Source of the DNA: Xylella taiwanensis
GTDB taxonomy: Bacteria > Pseudomonadota > Gammaproteobacteria > Xanthomonadales > Xanthomonadaceae
Length of the DNA: 32,000 nt
Reading direction: 5' to 3'
NCBI RefSeq assembly: GCF_013177435.1
Contig: NZ_CP053627.1
Location: 2,490,001-2,522,000 of the forward strand
In this document: positions 20,330 through 30,834 of the stretch, piece after piece
How the letters are laid out: every line of letters begins with the position of its first letter
Position numbering within the stretch: the stretch's first letter is position 1
The notes under the pieces: generated by a model
Databases searched by the model: none
What the model was told of the DNA's origin: nothing
What the model saw: only the letters and a program-made list of their open reading frames with translations
Program-made: the position numbers and the translations under genes

Positions 20330-21560
20330 TCATCAAGAATATCGTGTGCTTTCGCTTCTGCAAGGATGGACGCTGTAAACGATACAAATCGAGGTGCCAT
20401 CCTTGTCTTCTAAAGTGCGTTGCAACTTATCGGAAATGAATCCAACGTCAATGAACGCTGAGAAGCTGCCAAGGTTCTTGTCACTACACAAGGCAATGCA
20501 CCTGAATTCCTTGAAGGCACCGAAAACGGTATCGATCAAGTAGCGCTATCAATCAACCTTCACACCCATACACAAACGCAATCTATCCTAGATCACTCTC
20601 AACTCACCACACTAGCGCGCACCACGATAACCCACTCTTGCAGACTGATAGTGCCCTTACACTGCCTAGGTATCACGGTGAGTTTCACCAGGATACCCAA
20701 CATATCAGTTGGCTCTGCATCCTGGCCGTGTCGATTCACTTTAGCGATTCCAAGATCGACCATAACATCTTCCATATGGGCATTCCGTTCATCACATCAA
20801 ATAGGGGGGACACCTCAATCCTGATCAACTTTCTACGAACGCTTGGAGGAATTGTTCCATATATCTAACTCAGGGGCAGATCACCGCAAGGTGAGACATT
20901 CATACACTCTAAAGCCGCACTTCCACGAAACGGCAGTTAGTTCATTATCGCTGCAACCTGGATCACCAGCTTTATTCAAACCATAAGGGTACATCCTGGA
21001 TCATGGCCTTTCTGTGAGTCACTACCGAAGGTTTATCGAAAAATCACAATTAATCACTTCTTGTCGAGATATTTCATAATTGGCTTCTAACACGTATAGC
21101 AATATACACACACTAACTTCAGGAACTTGCCAATAGAAAATGCTCCATCCCCCAGAAACTGAACATCTTTCACATGACATCCTACAGATATAAAAATTCC
21201 CATTCAGCCTGCTGCGGTTGCGATTGACATCCTGTCATCAGCAGCATTGGAGACATCCCCAGTGTTTTCATAAACACTCTTCACTTGCACAACCAGGCCA
21301 AGTGCATGCGTCTCTTATGCAAAATCTGCAGCAATTTCATCTTGGGCGTTTCCACTGAAAATGAACTAGCAACACATGCCAAAAATATTCAAATACACCG
21401 TGTCAGACACTCATCCAGCGCATTCCCCTCATTGCCCAGCATGTGAATAAACACATTAGGAACCGACTCCACAGTACGCACGCTGCGATGAGCACCCTTA
21501 CGAATGAATGCTACATCGTTCAACAACATCCACATTGATACAACATCAAGTTCAGACTAC
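20330..21560 (-). mobile_element. second IS5-family transposase relic, heavily decayed
   Basis: ORF 20333..20539 (-) reads IDTVFGAFKEFRCIALCSDKNLGSFSAFIDVGFI, matching the C-terminal IS5-family block (F..lK.FR.IATRYDK....F.AF..la). Upstream on the same strand there are fragments like DVAFIRKGAHRS (~21485-21510; compare IDST.IRAH.HA), NVFIHMLGNEGNAL (~21415-21457) and MVDLGIAKVN...VIPRQ (~20700-20790; compare ADKGYDS...IP.R). Stops occur in every frame. Boundaries are approximate. Confidence 0.4.
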
Positions 21561-21670
21561 AACGTGTATAGAGACATGCATTAGCTCTTGATGTCCATAG
21601 ACACACAGCAGCTATCCAACAACGAGGGGAAAGCGCCCAGCCTATCCAGGCCAGCCAAGGTCAAATACAC

Positions 21671-23767
21671 TCAGTCGAATAGCGCCTGGATTGCCGCCAA
21701 ACCAACCTTAGCACGCTCCTGTTTACGTTCGGCATCAACTACCGGATCGGCACCATCACGTTGTAATTCCTCAGCCGGTAACTGGTCAAAGAAGCGGCTG
21801 GGCTTAAACCGGACCAATTCACCGAAACGGCGGGTAGACTTGCTATAGCTCATCCACAACTGTTCTTTAGCTCGGGTGATACCAACGTACAATAGTCGCC
21901 GTTCCTCTTGCACATTGCCTTCTTCTAAACTGACTTCATGCGGCAACACACCATCTTCGCAGCCAGCGATGAACACATAACGGAACTCCAAACCCTTGGA
22001 AGCGTGCAGCGTCATCATGCGCACTTGGTTGCCGCCATCGTCCTTGTCGTTTCGCGATAGCAATGCCAACTGCGAAACAAGATCGCCAACACTGGCACCA
22101 AACGGACCGCTTTCGAACCATTCGGCTAGTTCATCTACATTACGCTTACGCCGCTGGTAACTCGCTTCATCCTTGCACTGCTGACGCAGTTCGGCAAGCA
22201 AACCAGAAACCTCAACAAGCTGCCGCACCAAATCAGCCGCCGGCACACGTGATACTTGGTGGCGCAACTCACGCACGATATCAGTGAATTTGCTCAGACC
22301 ATTGGCAGCGCGCGTCGGCAGCTGTTGCAACGCGCCAAGCGACTCAGCCGCACGCGACATCGGCATCTGCTTGGCCACAGCCAGTTCAGCCAATTTAGCC
22401 AATGAGCTGGAACCGACCTCACGCTTGGGCGACTGCACTGCACGCAGAAATGCGGCGTCGTCATCCGGATTGACCAACACTCGTAGCCACGACAAGACAT
22501 CCTTCACTTCCTGACGCTCCAGGAACGCGGTACCGCCGGTCAGATGGTAAGGGATACGCAATAACTGCAGCGCCTTCTCCAGCGGCCGTGACTGAAAGTT
22601 ACCTCGGAACAGGATGCAGAAATCATTCCACGGTACCTGCTTAGCGCTTCCCAAGTAAGAGATTTCTGCTGCGATCTTCTCAGCCTCATGCTCACTGTCA
22701 CGGCACTCCCAAACGCGGATGCGCTCACCGTCTTGCTGGTCACTCCACAACGCCTTCAGGTGCACATGCGGGTTATGTGCAATCAATGCATTGGCCGCAC
22801 GCAGCACACGGTTAGGGCAACGGTAATTCTGCTCCAACTTGATGACCTTCAACTGCGGATAGTCCTTCTCCAGTTGCAGCAGGTTCTCTGAATTAGCCCC
22901 CCGCCAAGCATAGATACTCTGGTCATCATCCCCAACGCACGTGAAGTTGCCACGCGGACTGGCCAACATCTTCAGCAATCGATATTGCGCATCGTTGGTA
23001 TCCTGACACTCGTCCACCAACAGGTAACCAATCCGCTCACGCCAAGCCATTACAATCTGATCACTCGTTTCAAGGATCTGCACCGGCAGGCGGATCAGGT
23101 CGTCAAAATCCACTGCGTTGAACGCTATCAGGCGCGCCTGATAGCGTGCATACAACGTTGCCGCCTCCATTTCGCGGGTAGTACGTGCAGCAGCGAGTGC
23201 TTGCTCTGGTGAAAGGCCGGCATTCTTCGCACGTGATATCAGATTCTTCGTATCCTCAACCACATCCTGCTTGGCACCATGCAACAGGTCATTGATCTGC
23301 GCAGCAGCATCATCTGCATCGAACACCGAGAAGCCGCGCTTAAGTCCAACAGCATCATGCTCAATCTGCAAAAACTTCAATCCTAGTGCGTGAAAAGTGC
23401 AGATCGTCAACCCATCAACGCTATTACTTTTGATCTGCTTCGCCACACGTTCACGCATCTCCTTAGCTGACTTGTTAGTGAAGGTAATCGCAGCAATACG
23501 CTTGGCAGGATAAAAACCCCCGGTAATCAAGTGCGCAATCTTCTCCACAATCACACGCGTCTTGCCGCTGCCAGCACCCGCGAGCACCAGCAGAGGACCT
23601 TCGCGGTACAAGACCGCAGCACGTTGAGGAGGATTGAGACCGTGCATGAGCGAAGCATTTTCCGGATAGGCATTGTACCGATCAGTGTATGGAAGACCAT
23701 TTGCTTCTGACACGGTACCGACATTGGGGTCACTGATCGGACAAGAGATTGCCACGTATTGCGTCAT
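21671..23767 (-). CDS. rep: ATP-dependent DNA helicase Rep
   Basis: Collinear with E. coli Rep as I recall it: LNPPQRAAV, LVLAGAGSGKTRVI..KIAHLI, FTNKSAKEMRERV, LLVDECQDTN, GDDDQSIYAWRGA, KLEQNYRC, TLHASKGLEF, RRLLYVGITRA, GELVRFKPSRF. The track ORF is 698 aa. The homology-supported start is probably M41 (ATG at 23645-23647, 658 aa). Confidence 0.93.
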   Translation of the reverse strand: MTQYVAISCPISDPNVGTVSEANGLPYTDRYNAYPENASLMHGLNPPQRAAVLYREGPLLVLAGAGSGKTRVIVEKIAHLITGGFYPAKRIAAITFTNKSAKEMRERVAKQIKSNSVDGLTICTFHALGLKFLQIEHDAVGLKRGFSVFDADDAAAQINDLLHGAKQDVVEDTKNLISRAKNAGLSPEQALAAARTTREMEAATLYARYQARLIAFNAVDFDDLIRLPVQILETSDQIVMAWRERIGYLLVDECQDTNDAQYRLLKMLASPRGNFTCVGDDDQSIYAWRGANSENLLQLEKDYPQLKVIKLEQNYRCPNRVLRAANALIAHNPHVHLKALWSDQQDGERIRVWECRDSEHEAEKIAAEISYLGSAKQVPWNDFCILFRGNFQSRPLEKALQLLRIPYHLTGGTAFLERQEVKDVLSWLRVLVNPDDDAAFLRAVQSPKREVGSSSLAKLAELAVAKQMPMSRAAESLGALQQLPTRAANGLSKFTDIVRELRHQVSRVPAADLVRQLVEVSGLLAELRQQCKDEASYQRRKRNVDELAEWFESGPFGASVGDLVSQLALLSRNDKDDGGNQVRMMTLHASKGLEFRYVFIAGCEDGVLPHEVSLEEGNVQEERRLLYVGITRAKEQLWMSYSKSTRRFGELVRFKPSRFFDQLPAEELQRDGADPVVDAERKQERAKVGLAAIQALFD

Positions 23768-24581
23768 AACGGGAAAAACCGATGTCCTGAAGCACTCTCA
23801 CCTATGGCAGTTCAGCGGAACCGCAGTTCCAAAACAGATTCCGGTGTTCTGTCAAGGAATGTGACGAGCTCAACAACATATCAAATCCTCCCTGCCGAGC
23901 CGCACTGATGGGTTGTAACTACCATGACACACATAGGGGCTGTATCCCCTGTCGATATTCCTGAACATGTGAGCCAGTCAGGGCCGCAAAAGAAACATCG
24001 CTTTCTTACGAGTCTGTACTGATATTACGTGGGTGGAACACATCAGCAAGATGTTCAACCTAAGCACTACTTGTTTTACGGTCCACGAAAGCCGACATGA
24101 TGCCGCCTACGCTACGACTCCCAGTACCAACTCGACTGTAGGAGAACACCATCTCTGTGACGTTATGGACTCTGGGCTACAAGCAAGATCCCATAGATAC
24201 CACCATGACCAAGGAAACGAAATTGCCAGCGCAGCTCATCTATCCACACATCCAAACTTGGCTGCACATCAAGTACGGTAAATTCGAGAAACTCAGAGCA
24301 CATAGAAAATCGAACCGCATCACCACTTCAATACAAGCCTGCGGGACATTCAAAAACAATCGTCAGTGACAACGAAAATTATTCCGTCCTGGAGACATAT
24401 ACAACCTCACAAAATCTCGATTTAGAACACTTAGCAGTACTTATGGAAACTAATTTTCATGCACTCCACTCAGTAAACGCATCTCTGTCTGAATCTTGAT
24501 ATACAAGTGACATTTACCCCTGGAGTTACCAAATCAAGCAATAGTAGGGATACGGCACTGCCACAATCAATCTTCGTCCAC

Positions 24582-26189
24582 TCAGTAGATATTACGCTCC
24601 GCCAATATCGGTGGTGTCCACTGATACAGCCATGTTTCTGTCAACGGCTCTCCATTGGCATCACGCAAGTACAAACGGATGTCGATCTGTTGGGTACTGT
24701 CGTTCAAGGGGACTACGTCGAACATGACGCGATAGCCACGGATCTCATGCAATGGCCGTGCCGAGACGATCTCGGTGCGACAACGTGTCATATGCAGTAC
24801 TGGTTCCACACCCAAGTCATGAGCACTGACCAGTGCAGCCAATTTGCCACCAACGAAATCCACAACGAATCGCCAGGAAAAGTATTTGCGCTTCTGTCCA
24901 ACCACACCGCCCAAGCCCGTGCGGGTCGCCACACAATGCGCCAACGAAGAAGACACAGGCGGTAGAGCACCCCAATACAACCGATAGCCGATCAGTAGCT
25001 CCTGACCAGGCTGGGGCTTATTCCGTGGATTCCAGAACGCAACGATGTTGTCGAACGTCTCGTCGAGTGTTGGAATCTCCACCAACTGGACAGAACCCTC
25101 ACCCCAGCCATGTTTAGGCTCAACCCATAAGCACGGACGCTTTTCGTAAAACACACCATCATCTTGATAGTGATCAAAATTACGGTCACGCTGTAAAAGA
25201 CCAAAACCACGTGGATTGTCGTCAAGGAACATGTTGAAGCGTAAGTAAGGCGGATTGCATAGTGGCCGCCAAATCCACTCACCATTCCCTGTCCAAAGTG
25301 ACAAGCCGTCAGTGTCGTGGATCTCTGGACGCCAATCCCAACCCATACGCTGATCATTCTCACCCACTTGGTACATACTGGTACACGGAGCAATCCCTAG
25401 TCGCTCAATGGTCTTACGCGGATACAATGCGCTGTCAATGTCCATCAGCAATACATCACGGTTAGTGATGGAAAAACGATAAGCGCCAGCAATACTCGGC
25501 GAATCCAGAAGCCCATACAGCACTACTGTATCCGCATCCGAAGTCGGCTGCTCAAGGTAATAGGCGATAAAGTCTGGGAACTCTTCTGGTCCACCGGTCC
25601 CTGTATCGATCGCTAGCCCACGCGCAGACTGGCCGTACTGCCCCTCTTTTCCCACCGCGCGGAAGTAGCTTGCCCCAAGGAAGGCAGCGAAGTCTCGATT
25701 GGTGTCCTTGCTGGTATTCAACCGGAATCCTGCGAAACCCAGATCCTTGGGCAAGCCCTTGCCATTCAAGCCGCTGCTGCCGTAGTCAAAGGCGGCCGAA
25801 TCATAAGCTAACTCCTGCGCCATACCATCCACCACTTCGTATATCCGCACCGGAGTATGGAAATACAGACCAAGGTGGAAAAACTTGACTTGGAAATGGG
25901 CATCACTATCAGCCCACAATGCATGATCTTGACGATAGCGAATTGACTGGTACTGGTCCCAACTCAGCCTCTCTAGTGGCATATACAACACACGTTTACG
26001 TGAATGGTAAGGTGTGGCAGCCAGGGTGCGGGCCTGCTCCTTGAGCCATTCATAGTCGAAACGCTGAGGCTGACCGAATCGACGCAAATTAACCGCCTTG
26101 CTGGTAGCGAAGACTCCCCCAAGAGGGTTGGGTAAGCCAAACGCAGCCAGAGCGGCAGTGGCGCTTTTTAAAAAATGTCGTCTATACAT
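24582..26189 (-). CDS. opgD: periplasmic glucan biosynthesis protein, OpgD/MdoD type (Tat-exported OpgG paralogue)
   Basis: 535 aa of the MdoG/OpgG family, matching in length and in sequence blocks. The N-terminus MYRRHFLKSATAALAAFGL carries a twin-arginine motif (RRxFLK), which is characteristic of OpgD rather than the Sec-exported OpgG. Confidence 0.87.
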   Translation of the reverse strand: MYRRHFLKSATAALAAFGLPNPLGGVFATSKAVNLRRFGQPQRFDYEWLKEQARTLAATPYHSRKRVLYMPLERLSWDQYQSIRYRQDHALWADSDAHFQVKFFHLGLYFHTPVRIYEVVDGMAQELAYDSAAFDYGSSGLNGKGLPKDLGFAGFRLNTSKDTNRDFAAFLGASYFRAVGKEGQYGQSARGLAIDTGTGGPEEFPDFIAYYLEQPTSDADTVVLYGLLDSPSIAGAYRFSITNRDVLLMDIDSALYPRKTIERLGIAPCTSMYQVGENDQRMGWDWRPEIHDTDGLSLWTGNGEWIWRPLCNPPYLRFNMFLDDNPRGFGLLQRDRNFDHYQDDGVFYEKRPCLWVEPKHGWGEGSVQLVEIPTLDETFDNIVAFWNPRNKPQPGQELLIGYRLYWGALPPVSSSLAHCVATRTGLGGVVGQKRKYFSWRFVVDFVGGKLAALVSAHDLGVEPVLHMTRCRTEIVSARPLHEIRGYRVMFDVVPLNDSTQQIDIRLYLRDANGEPLTETWLYQWTPPILAERNIY

Positions 26190-27072
26190 GAGTCAAGCTG
26201 CACAAAAGATATGCGAATCATAGCGGCAGCAAAGTGAGACCAAGATACGCAAATGAATAAAACAGTCGATCCACTGACCAGGAACAGCGCACATGGGCAA
26301 CAGCACTACACGCCTACTCGTCAAGCCAGGACAGAACAGTACCACCGAGTAGCCGTATGGATATCCCAAACACCAGAGTGCCAGCTGTCAGTTAAACGAG
26401 AAACTCTCCAGGAGCGCTCCAATACCCATTGAAATGCTAATGACCACCACATCCTCAGAGGACTCAGACACGTGACCAGCACACTCCAAAGTCCTTACTG
26501 CCGCTTAACAGTAGCACTGATACCACCTCGACCCAGCATGAATTCCACCTCAGCAACCACCAACTACTGCATATTAGCGGCCATCACATTCGCTAATTTC
26601 ATATAAAACGCTGCCATTAAAATCCCAATGAATTCACGATTAGCCAATGCCTGTTGTTCTTCAACATGTGCTCTATGTGACGACCCACTAGATCCACAGT
26701 CTTCACATCTCGTCAAGGCTGACATAATGCTTCAATAACTAATGTAAGACATCTGCTCAATTGCAGCACTTCATCCAATAATGCCGCGCATGGCATCGTC
26801 TTCGATCAGTCACTCATGGCTCTTACTCAACGCTGTCAGCTTCCAACAAAACTTCATCGTCCATCCAAAACCCAATAAATCAACGTCACACCGGCTTGTA
26901 TCGCACTCACACCACAACTGTCGTCTGCGAACGTAACGTAATGCTTTGGACGACTTGTAACAACATCACCAGTGCCATTTCCCACGGAATTCATGACATA
27001 CCCAAACTTGGTTGCCGCGTCTAAATGACATCACAGCAGACTTAAGAAAAACCATATAAAGACAAAAGCAGA

Positions 27073-27091
27073 GTCCGGCCCGAAGGCCGAC
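27073..27091 (-). terminator. probable rho-independent terminator downstream of sppA
   Basis: On the - strand the sequence is GTCGGCC-TTCG-GGCCGGAC, a GC stem with one bulge and a TTCG tetraloop. It is followed by TCTGCTTTTGTCTTTATATGGTTTTT and starts ~40 nt after the sppA stop. Confidence 0.45.
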
Positions 27092-27129
27092 ACACGGAAT
27101 CCAATCGCACCACGGTCCGCCGCAAGCGG

Positions 27130-29031
27130 TTAAAGTCCACAGAAACAGTAAACCAAGGTTTTTACTGGAAGCCCGCCCGTTTTAGTCTCACGCACTGCAT
27201 CCTCAACAAAGCGCATCTGTACCTCGGTCTCCGGAGAAATACGGGCGAGCAACATCCGAGCCAAGTCTGAATCTCCCAACGCCCAGATCCCCATCCGAGT
27301 GGACATCAAGCTGATCATGAACTGCATGAATGGACTGACTGCCTTCTCAACATAACGCACGCTGTAGTAGCCATCACCAAGCTTGGCACGCTTCGCAGCA
27401 TCAGTAATCGCCGCATGTATTCCCCCGAATTCATCGACCAAACCACGTTCTTTGGCCTGCGCACCACTCCATACACGACCGCGAGCAATACGGTCGATCT
27501 CCTCCACAGAACGATGACGCGCCTGCGCAACTTTACTTGTGAAATCTGCATAGCCTTTGTCGATCACAGTCTGGAGGATCTGCCCAACCTGCGGATCCAG
27601 CGGCCGGCTGATATCAAGCGCACCTGCAAAACGGGTAGTACCCACTCCGTCGGTATGCACCCCCATCTTATCCAGCGTACGAGTGATATTTGGGATCAGC
27701 CCGAAGATGCCAATCGAGCCACTGATCGTGGATGGATCTGCATAGATGCGATCGGCATTCATACTGATCCAGTACCCTCCGGAAGCAGCCATATCCCCCA
27801 TCGATACCACCACCGGCTTTCCGGCCTGTCTCAGTGCGACCACTTCACGGCGGATCTGCTCGGAAGCGAAGACTTCTCCGCCGGGCGAATTCACTCGAAG
27901 CACCACCGCTTTGACCGTTTCTTCATCTCGTGCCTTACGCAAGAGCACACTGGTCGACTCTCCACCAATATACCCTGCAGGTTGCTCGCCTTCTTTTATT
28001 TCGCCCGCTGCGACAACGACGGCAACCTGCGAAGACATGCCTAGCGGCAAGCTCTGTGCATCCAGCAAACTCAGATAAGTGCCGAAGTCTACATTGCGGA
28101 AACCGCCATCGGCCTTTTTGTCGGCGACACCACGCTGGGCCATTAACTGGTTAACTTGCTCGCGGGTTTTCAACCCATCTACCAGTTTATGCGCCAATGC
28201 ATACTTGGCTAAATCACCATGATTAGCAAAAATATCCTGTGGCAGTCTGTCGACACTAGCACTCAATTGCACCAAATCGAGCTTACGCGCCTTAGAAACA
28301 TCAGCCAAATAGCGTTGCCATATATCGTTCATCCAGAACAAGTCCGCCTCCTTGGCATCATGTGAAGCCGCATCAAGGATAAAAGGCTCGGCCGCGGATT
28401 TATATTCACCGACCCTGAAAAGATGCACATCCACTCCCAATTTTTCCTGCAATCCCCGGCGGAAATATTGGCGATAGCGAGCCAAACCCTCAAGCAGGAC
28501 GCTACCCATTGGATCCAAATAAATCTCATCCGCCTGTGCGGCAAGTAGATACTGCGCCTGGGTCATGCTTTCGCTAAAGGCAACTAACTGCTTGCCTGAA
28601 CCTTTCAAATTCTGTAACGCGACAACGATCTCACGCAGCGAGGCATAACCGGATGGCTGTAGTTTGTCCAAATCAAGCAGGACACGTTCAACTTTTTTAT
28701 CCTTGGACGCAGCCTCAAGCACCCTAATCAGATCACGGAGTTGAACTTCCTGACCACTCTTGTCACCCGTCGCTTTGGCTAGAGCACGGCTGACCGGATC
28801 GGCACTGAACTGTTCCACCAGGGCGCCTTGTGGCGCAATCACCAGAGTAGTGCGTTCGTCGAGCGGCTTGCCTTTCCAACCGCGCACCATCGCAACTGCC
28901 ATAATCAATAATATTAAAAATAAGAAAGCGAAGAACGTCAGATTAAGAATCAGACGCCGGGTAAAATTCATCGCATCCCATAAGCCAACGAAGAAACGGA
29001 CAATGAGATTTCTGGGCAAAGATTGGTTCAT
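27130..29031 (-). CDS. sppA: signal peptide peptidase SppA, 67K type (protease IV)
   Basis: 633 aa. It has an N-terminal TM anchor and two tandem S49 peptidase domains. The second domain carries VVSMGDMAASGGYWISMNADRIYADPSTISGSIGIFG (catalytic Ser region). The size matches E. coli SppA. Confidence 0.93.
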   Translation of the reverse strand: MNQSLPRNLIVRFFVGLWDAMNFTRRLILNLTFFAFLFLILLIMAVAMVRGWKGKPLDERTTLVIAPQGALVEQFSADPVSRALAKATGDKSGQEVQLRDLIRVLEAASKDKKVERVLLDLDKLQPSGYASLREIVVALQNLKGSGKQLVAFSESMTQAQYLLAAQADEIYLDPMGSVLLEGLARYRQYFRRGLQEKLGVDVHLFRVGEYKSAAEPFILDAASHDAKEADLFWMNDIWQRYLADVSKARKLDLVQLSASVDRLPQDIFANHGDLAKYALAHKLVDGLKTREQVNQLMAQRGVADKKADGGFRNVDFGTYLSLLDAQSLPLGMSSQVAVVVAAGEIKEGEQPAGYIGGESTSVLLRKARDEETVKAVVLRVNSPGGEVFASEQIRREVVALRQAGKPVVVSMGDMAASGGYWISMNADRIYADPSTISGSIGIFGLIPNITRTLDKMGVHTDGVGTTRFAGALDISRPLDPQVGQILQTVIDKGYADFTSKVAQARHRSVEEIDRIARGRVWSGAQAKERGLVDEFGGIHAAITDAAKRAKLGDGYYSVRYVEKAVSPFMQFMISLMSTRMGIWALGDSDLARMLLARISPETEVQMRFVEDAVRETKTGGLPVKTLVYCFCGL

Positions 29032-29114
29032 GAAACGGTCCTTGAAAAACTTACATCATCTTGAACGCCGATCAGCATAGCGGGTGTCGGCATCACCGCG
29101 CTGTGACTGGGAAT

Positions 29115-30476
29115 TTAGGTAATACGGGTAAGCATGCGCCCATTGACCACATGGAACCGCCAGCCAAGCAACACTGCAGCCGCAGTCAAGCCAATGATTA
29201 AACCGATCCACATACCGCGAGAACCCCAGTCCAGGCCAAAACCAAGCCCAAGACCAAGCGGCATGCCCAAGCCCCAATACGAGACTATCGCCAGCAACAT
29301 CGGCACCCGAGTGTCCTTCATCCCACGTAATACACCGGACGAGAGCATCTGGAGGCCATCCGGGAACTGAAAGATGGCCGCGAACAGCAGCAATTTAGAA
29401 GCCAGAGCCACCACCACCAAATCCTGCGTGTAGACCGACACAATCGCGTCATATCCGAGCAAAAGCGCACTTGCTGAGAGTGTCTGGGTCCCAATCACAA
29501 TCGCATAGCCGGCCCAAGCGACACGGCGCATACCCAGAAGATCGCGACGCCCCACAGCATGGCTTATCCGCACTGTGGTCGCCTCGGCCACGCCCATCGG
29601 AATCATGAAGCACAGTTGGGCAACATTGAGGGCAATTTGATGCGCGGCAGTTTGATCGGTACCAAGCCGACCGATCAGCAATGTAATGACAAGAAACAAC
29701 CCACTCTCCATCAGAAGGCTGATACCGATCGGTAGTCCGGTATTCAACAGTTCACGAATACGTACCCAGCAAGGCAATTCTAGACGCACGAATAACTGCA
29801 GGTCGGCGAAGCGCCGCGACCGCCACAAATACAATGCAAACACAACCGCCTGCAGCCACATTACAGTCGCCGTGGCGATGCCCAAGCCTTCGGCACCATA
29901 CTCGGCAAAACCGAAGCGACCGCAGGTCAACGCATAGCTCAACGGCACCAACACTAGCAAGCCACCAAAACCCACCAGCATCGTCGGCAAAGCCCAGTGC
30001 ATCCCTTCACTGAAATAGCGCATACAAAAGTACAGAGGCAATGCCAAACTCCCCCAACGCACCGCATGCAAGAACTTAGTCGCACCCGGCACGATGTCGG
30101 GGACGATACCGAAGATCGGCAGCAGCGCTGGTACCATACTGAGGAAAGCAAACATCACCAGCCCCAACAGCATAGCCAGCCACAACGCTTGGCGGAACAA
30201 CGGCCCAATCTCCTCGTCACGGGCGGCACCATGCAATTGCGATACCAACACCGTCAACGAAATTAGTGTGCCCATCGGTACCAGCATTGGTAACCATAGC
30301 AATGCAGTCCCAATAGTCGATGCGGCTAGGGTGACGGTAGCATGATGACCAGCGATGACGTTATCTACAAAACCGATCAGACCAATGGAGATGTGACCGA
30401 ACACGAGTGGCAGCGCGAGTATAAGAGTAGCGCACACTTCAGAACCAAAACGCGATGTCAAAAACGAGACTGGCAT
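29115..30476 (-). CDS. MATE family efflux transporter (NorM-like)
   Basis: 453 aa with about 12 TM segments. It is collinear with NorM/YdhE-type proteins (FVDNVIAGH, AAHQIALN...F.IPMG, LRGMKDTRVPM). It lies 83 bp upstream of sppA on the same strand. Confidence 0.9.
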   Translation of the reverse strand: MPVSFLTSRFGSEVCATLILALPLVFGHISIGLIGFVDNVIAGHHATVTLAASTIGTALLWLPMLVPMGTLISLTVLVSQLHGAARDEEIGPLFRQALWLAMLLGLVMFAFLSMVPALLPIFGIVPDIVPGATKFLHAVRWGSLALPLYFCMRYFSEGMHWALPTMLVGFGGLLVLVPLSYALTCGRFGFAEYGAEGLGIATATVMWLQAVVFALYLWRSRRFADLQLFVRLELPCWVRIRELLNTGLPIGISLLMESGLFLVITLLIGRLGTDQTAAHQIALNVAQLCFMIPMGVAEATTVRISHAVGRRDLLGMRRVAWAGYAIVIGTQTLSASALLLGYDAIVSVYTQDLVVVALASKLLLFAAIFQFPDGLQMLSSGVLRGMKDTRVPMLLAIVSYWGLGMPLGLGLGFGLDWGSRGMWIGLIIGLTAAAVLLGWRFHVVNGRMLTRIT

Positions 30477-30800
30477 AGAAAAAATGGAAAGCGCATCCTT
30501 AAATCAGGCCTAGTTAAAGACACTGGCCACTTAAGATCACGCAACGGCTTATTTCTTGGAATATATCACACTTTCATCAGAAAGTAGGGAACCCAAGCCA
30601 GAAAAATTTAATATCCCTAGAGAAGAAATGACGATCTTCAAATATGAAACAGAAGACTGTGACAAACACTAAACGCCACTAAAGCCACAACAATCAAAAC
30701 GAATCAAAGACGTCTTGGCTCCTAAAAATCGGTATTAGGTCGCTTTATGCAGTTTTTCAGCTGTTCAAAATATTTAGACATCACTTTGATCATATAAATT

Positions 30801-30828
30801 CTTTATCACTTCATCTTTATCACTTCAT
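30801..30828. repeat. perfect tandem duplication of a 14-bp unit
   Basis: CTTTATCACTTCAT occurs twice back to back (30801-30814 and 30815-30828). This is just 3' of the stop codon at 30835-30837 of the - strand gene. Confidence 0.9.
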
Positions 30829-30834
30829 CGCACT

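Noticed and set aside
23648-23767. 40-codon N-terminal extension of rep as a possible novel domain.
   Set aside because: Homology to Rep begins at the internal Met (MHGLNPPQRAAV, like E. coli MRLNPGQQQAV). The extension is more likely an over-called start than a real domain. The RBS evidence is weak for both starts.
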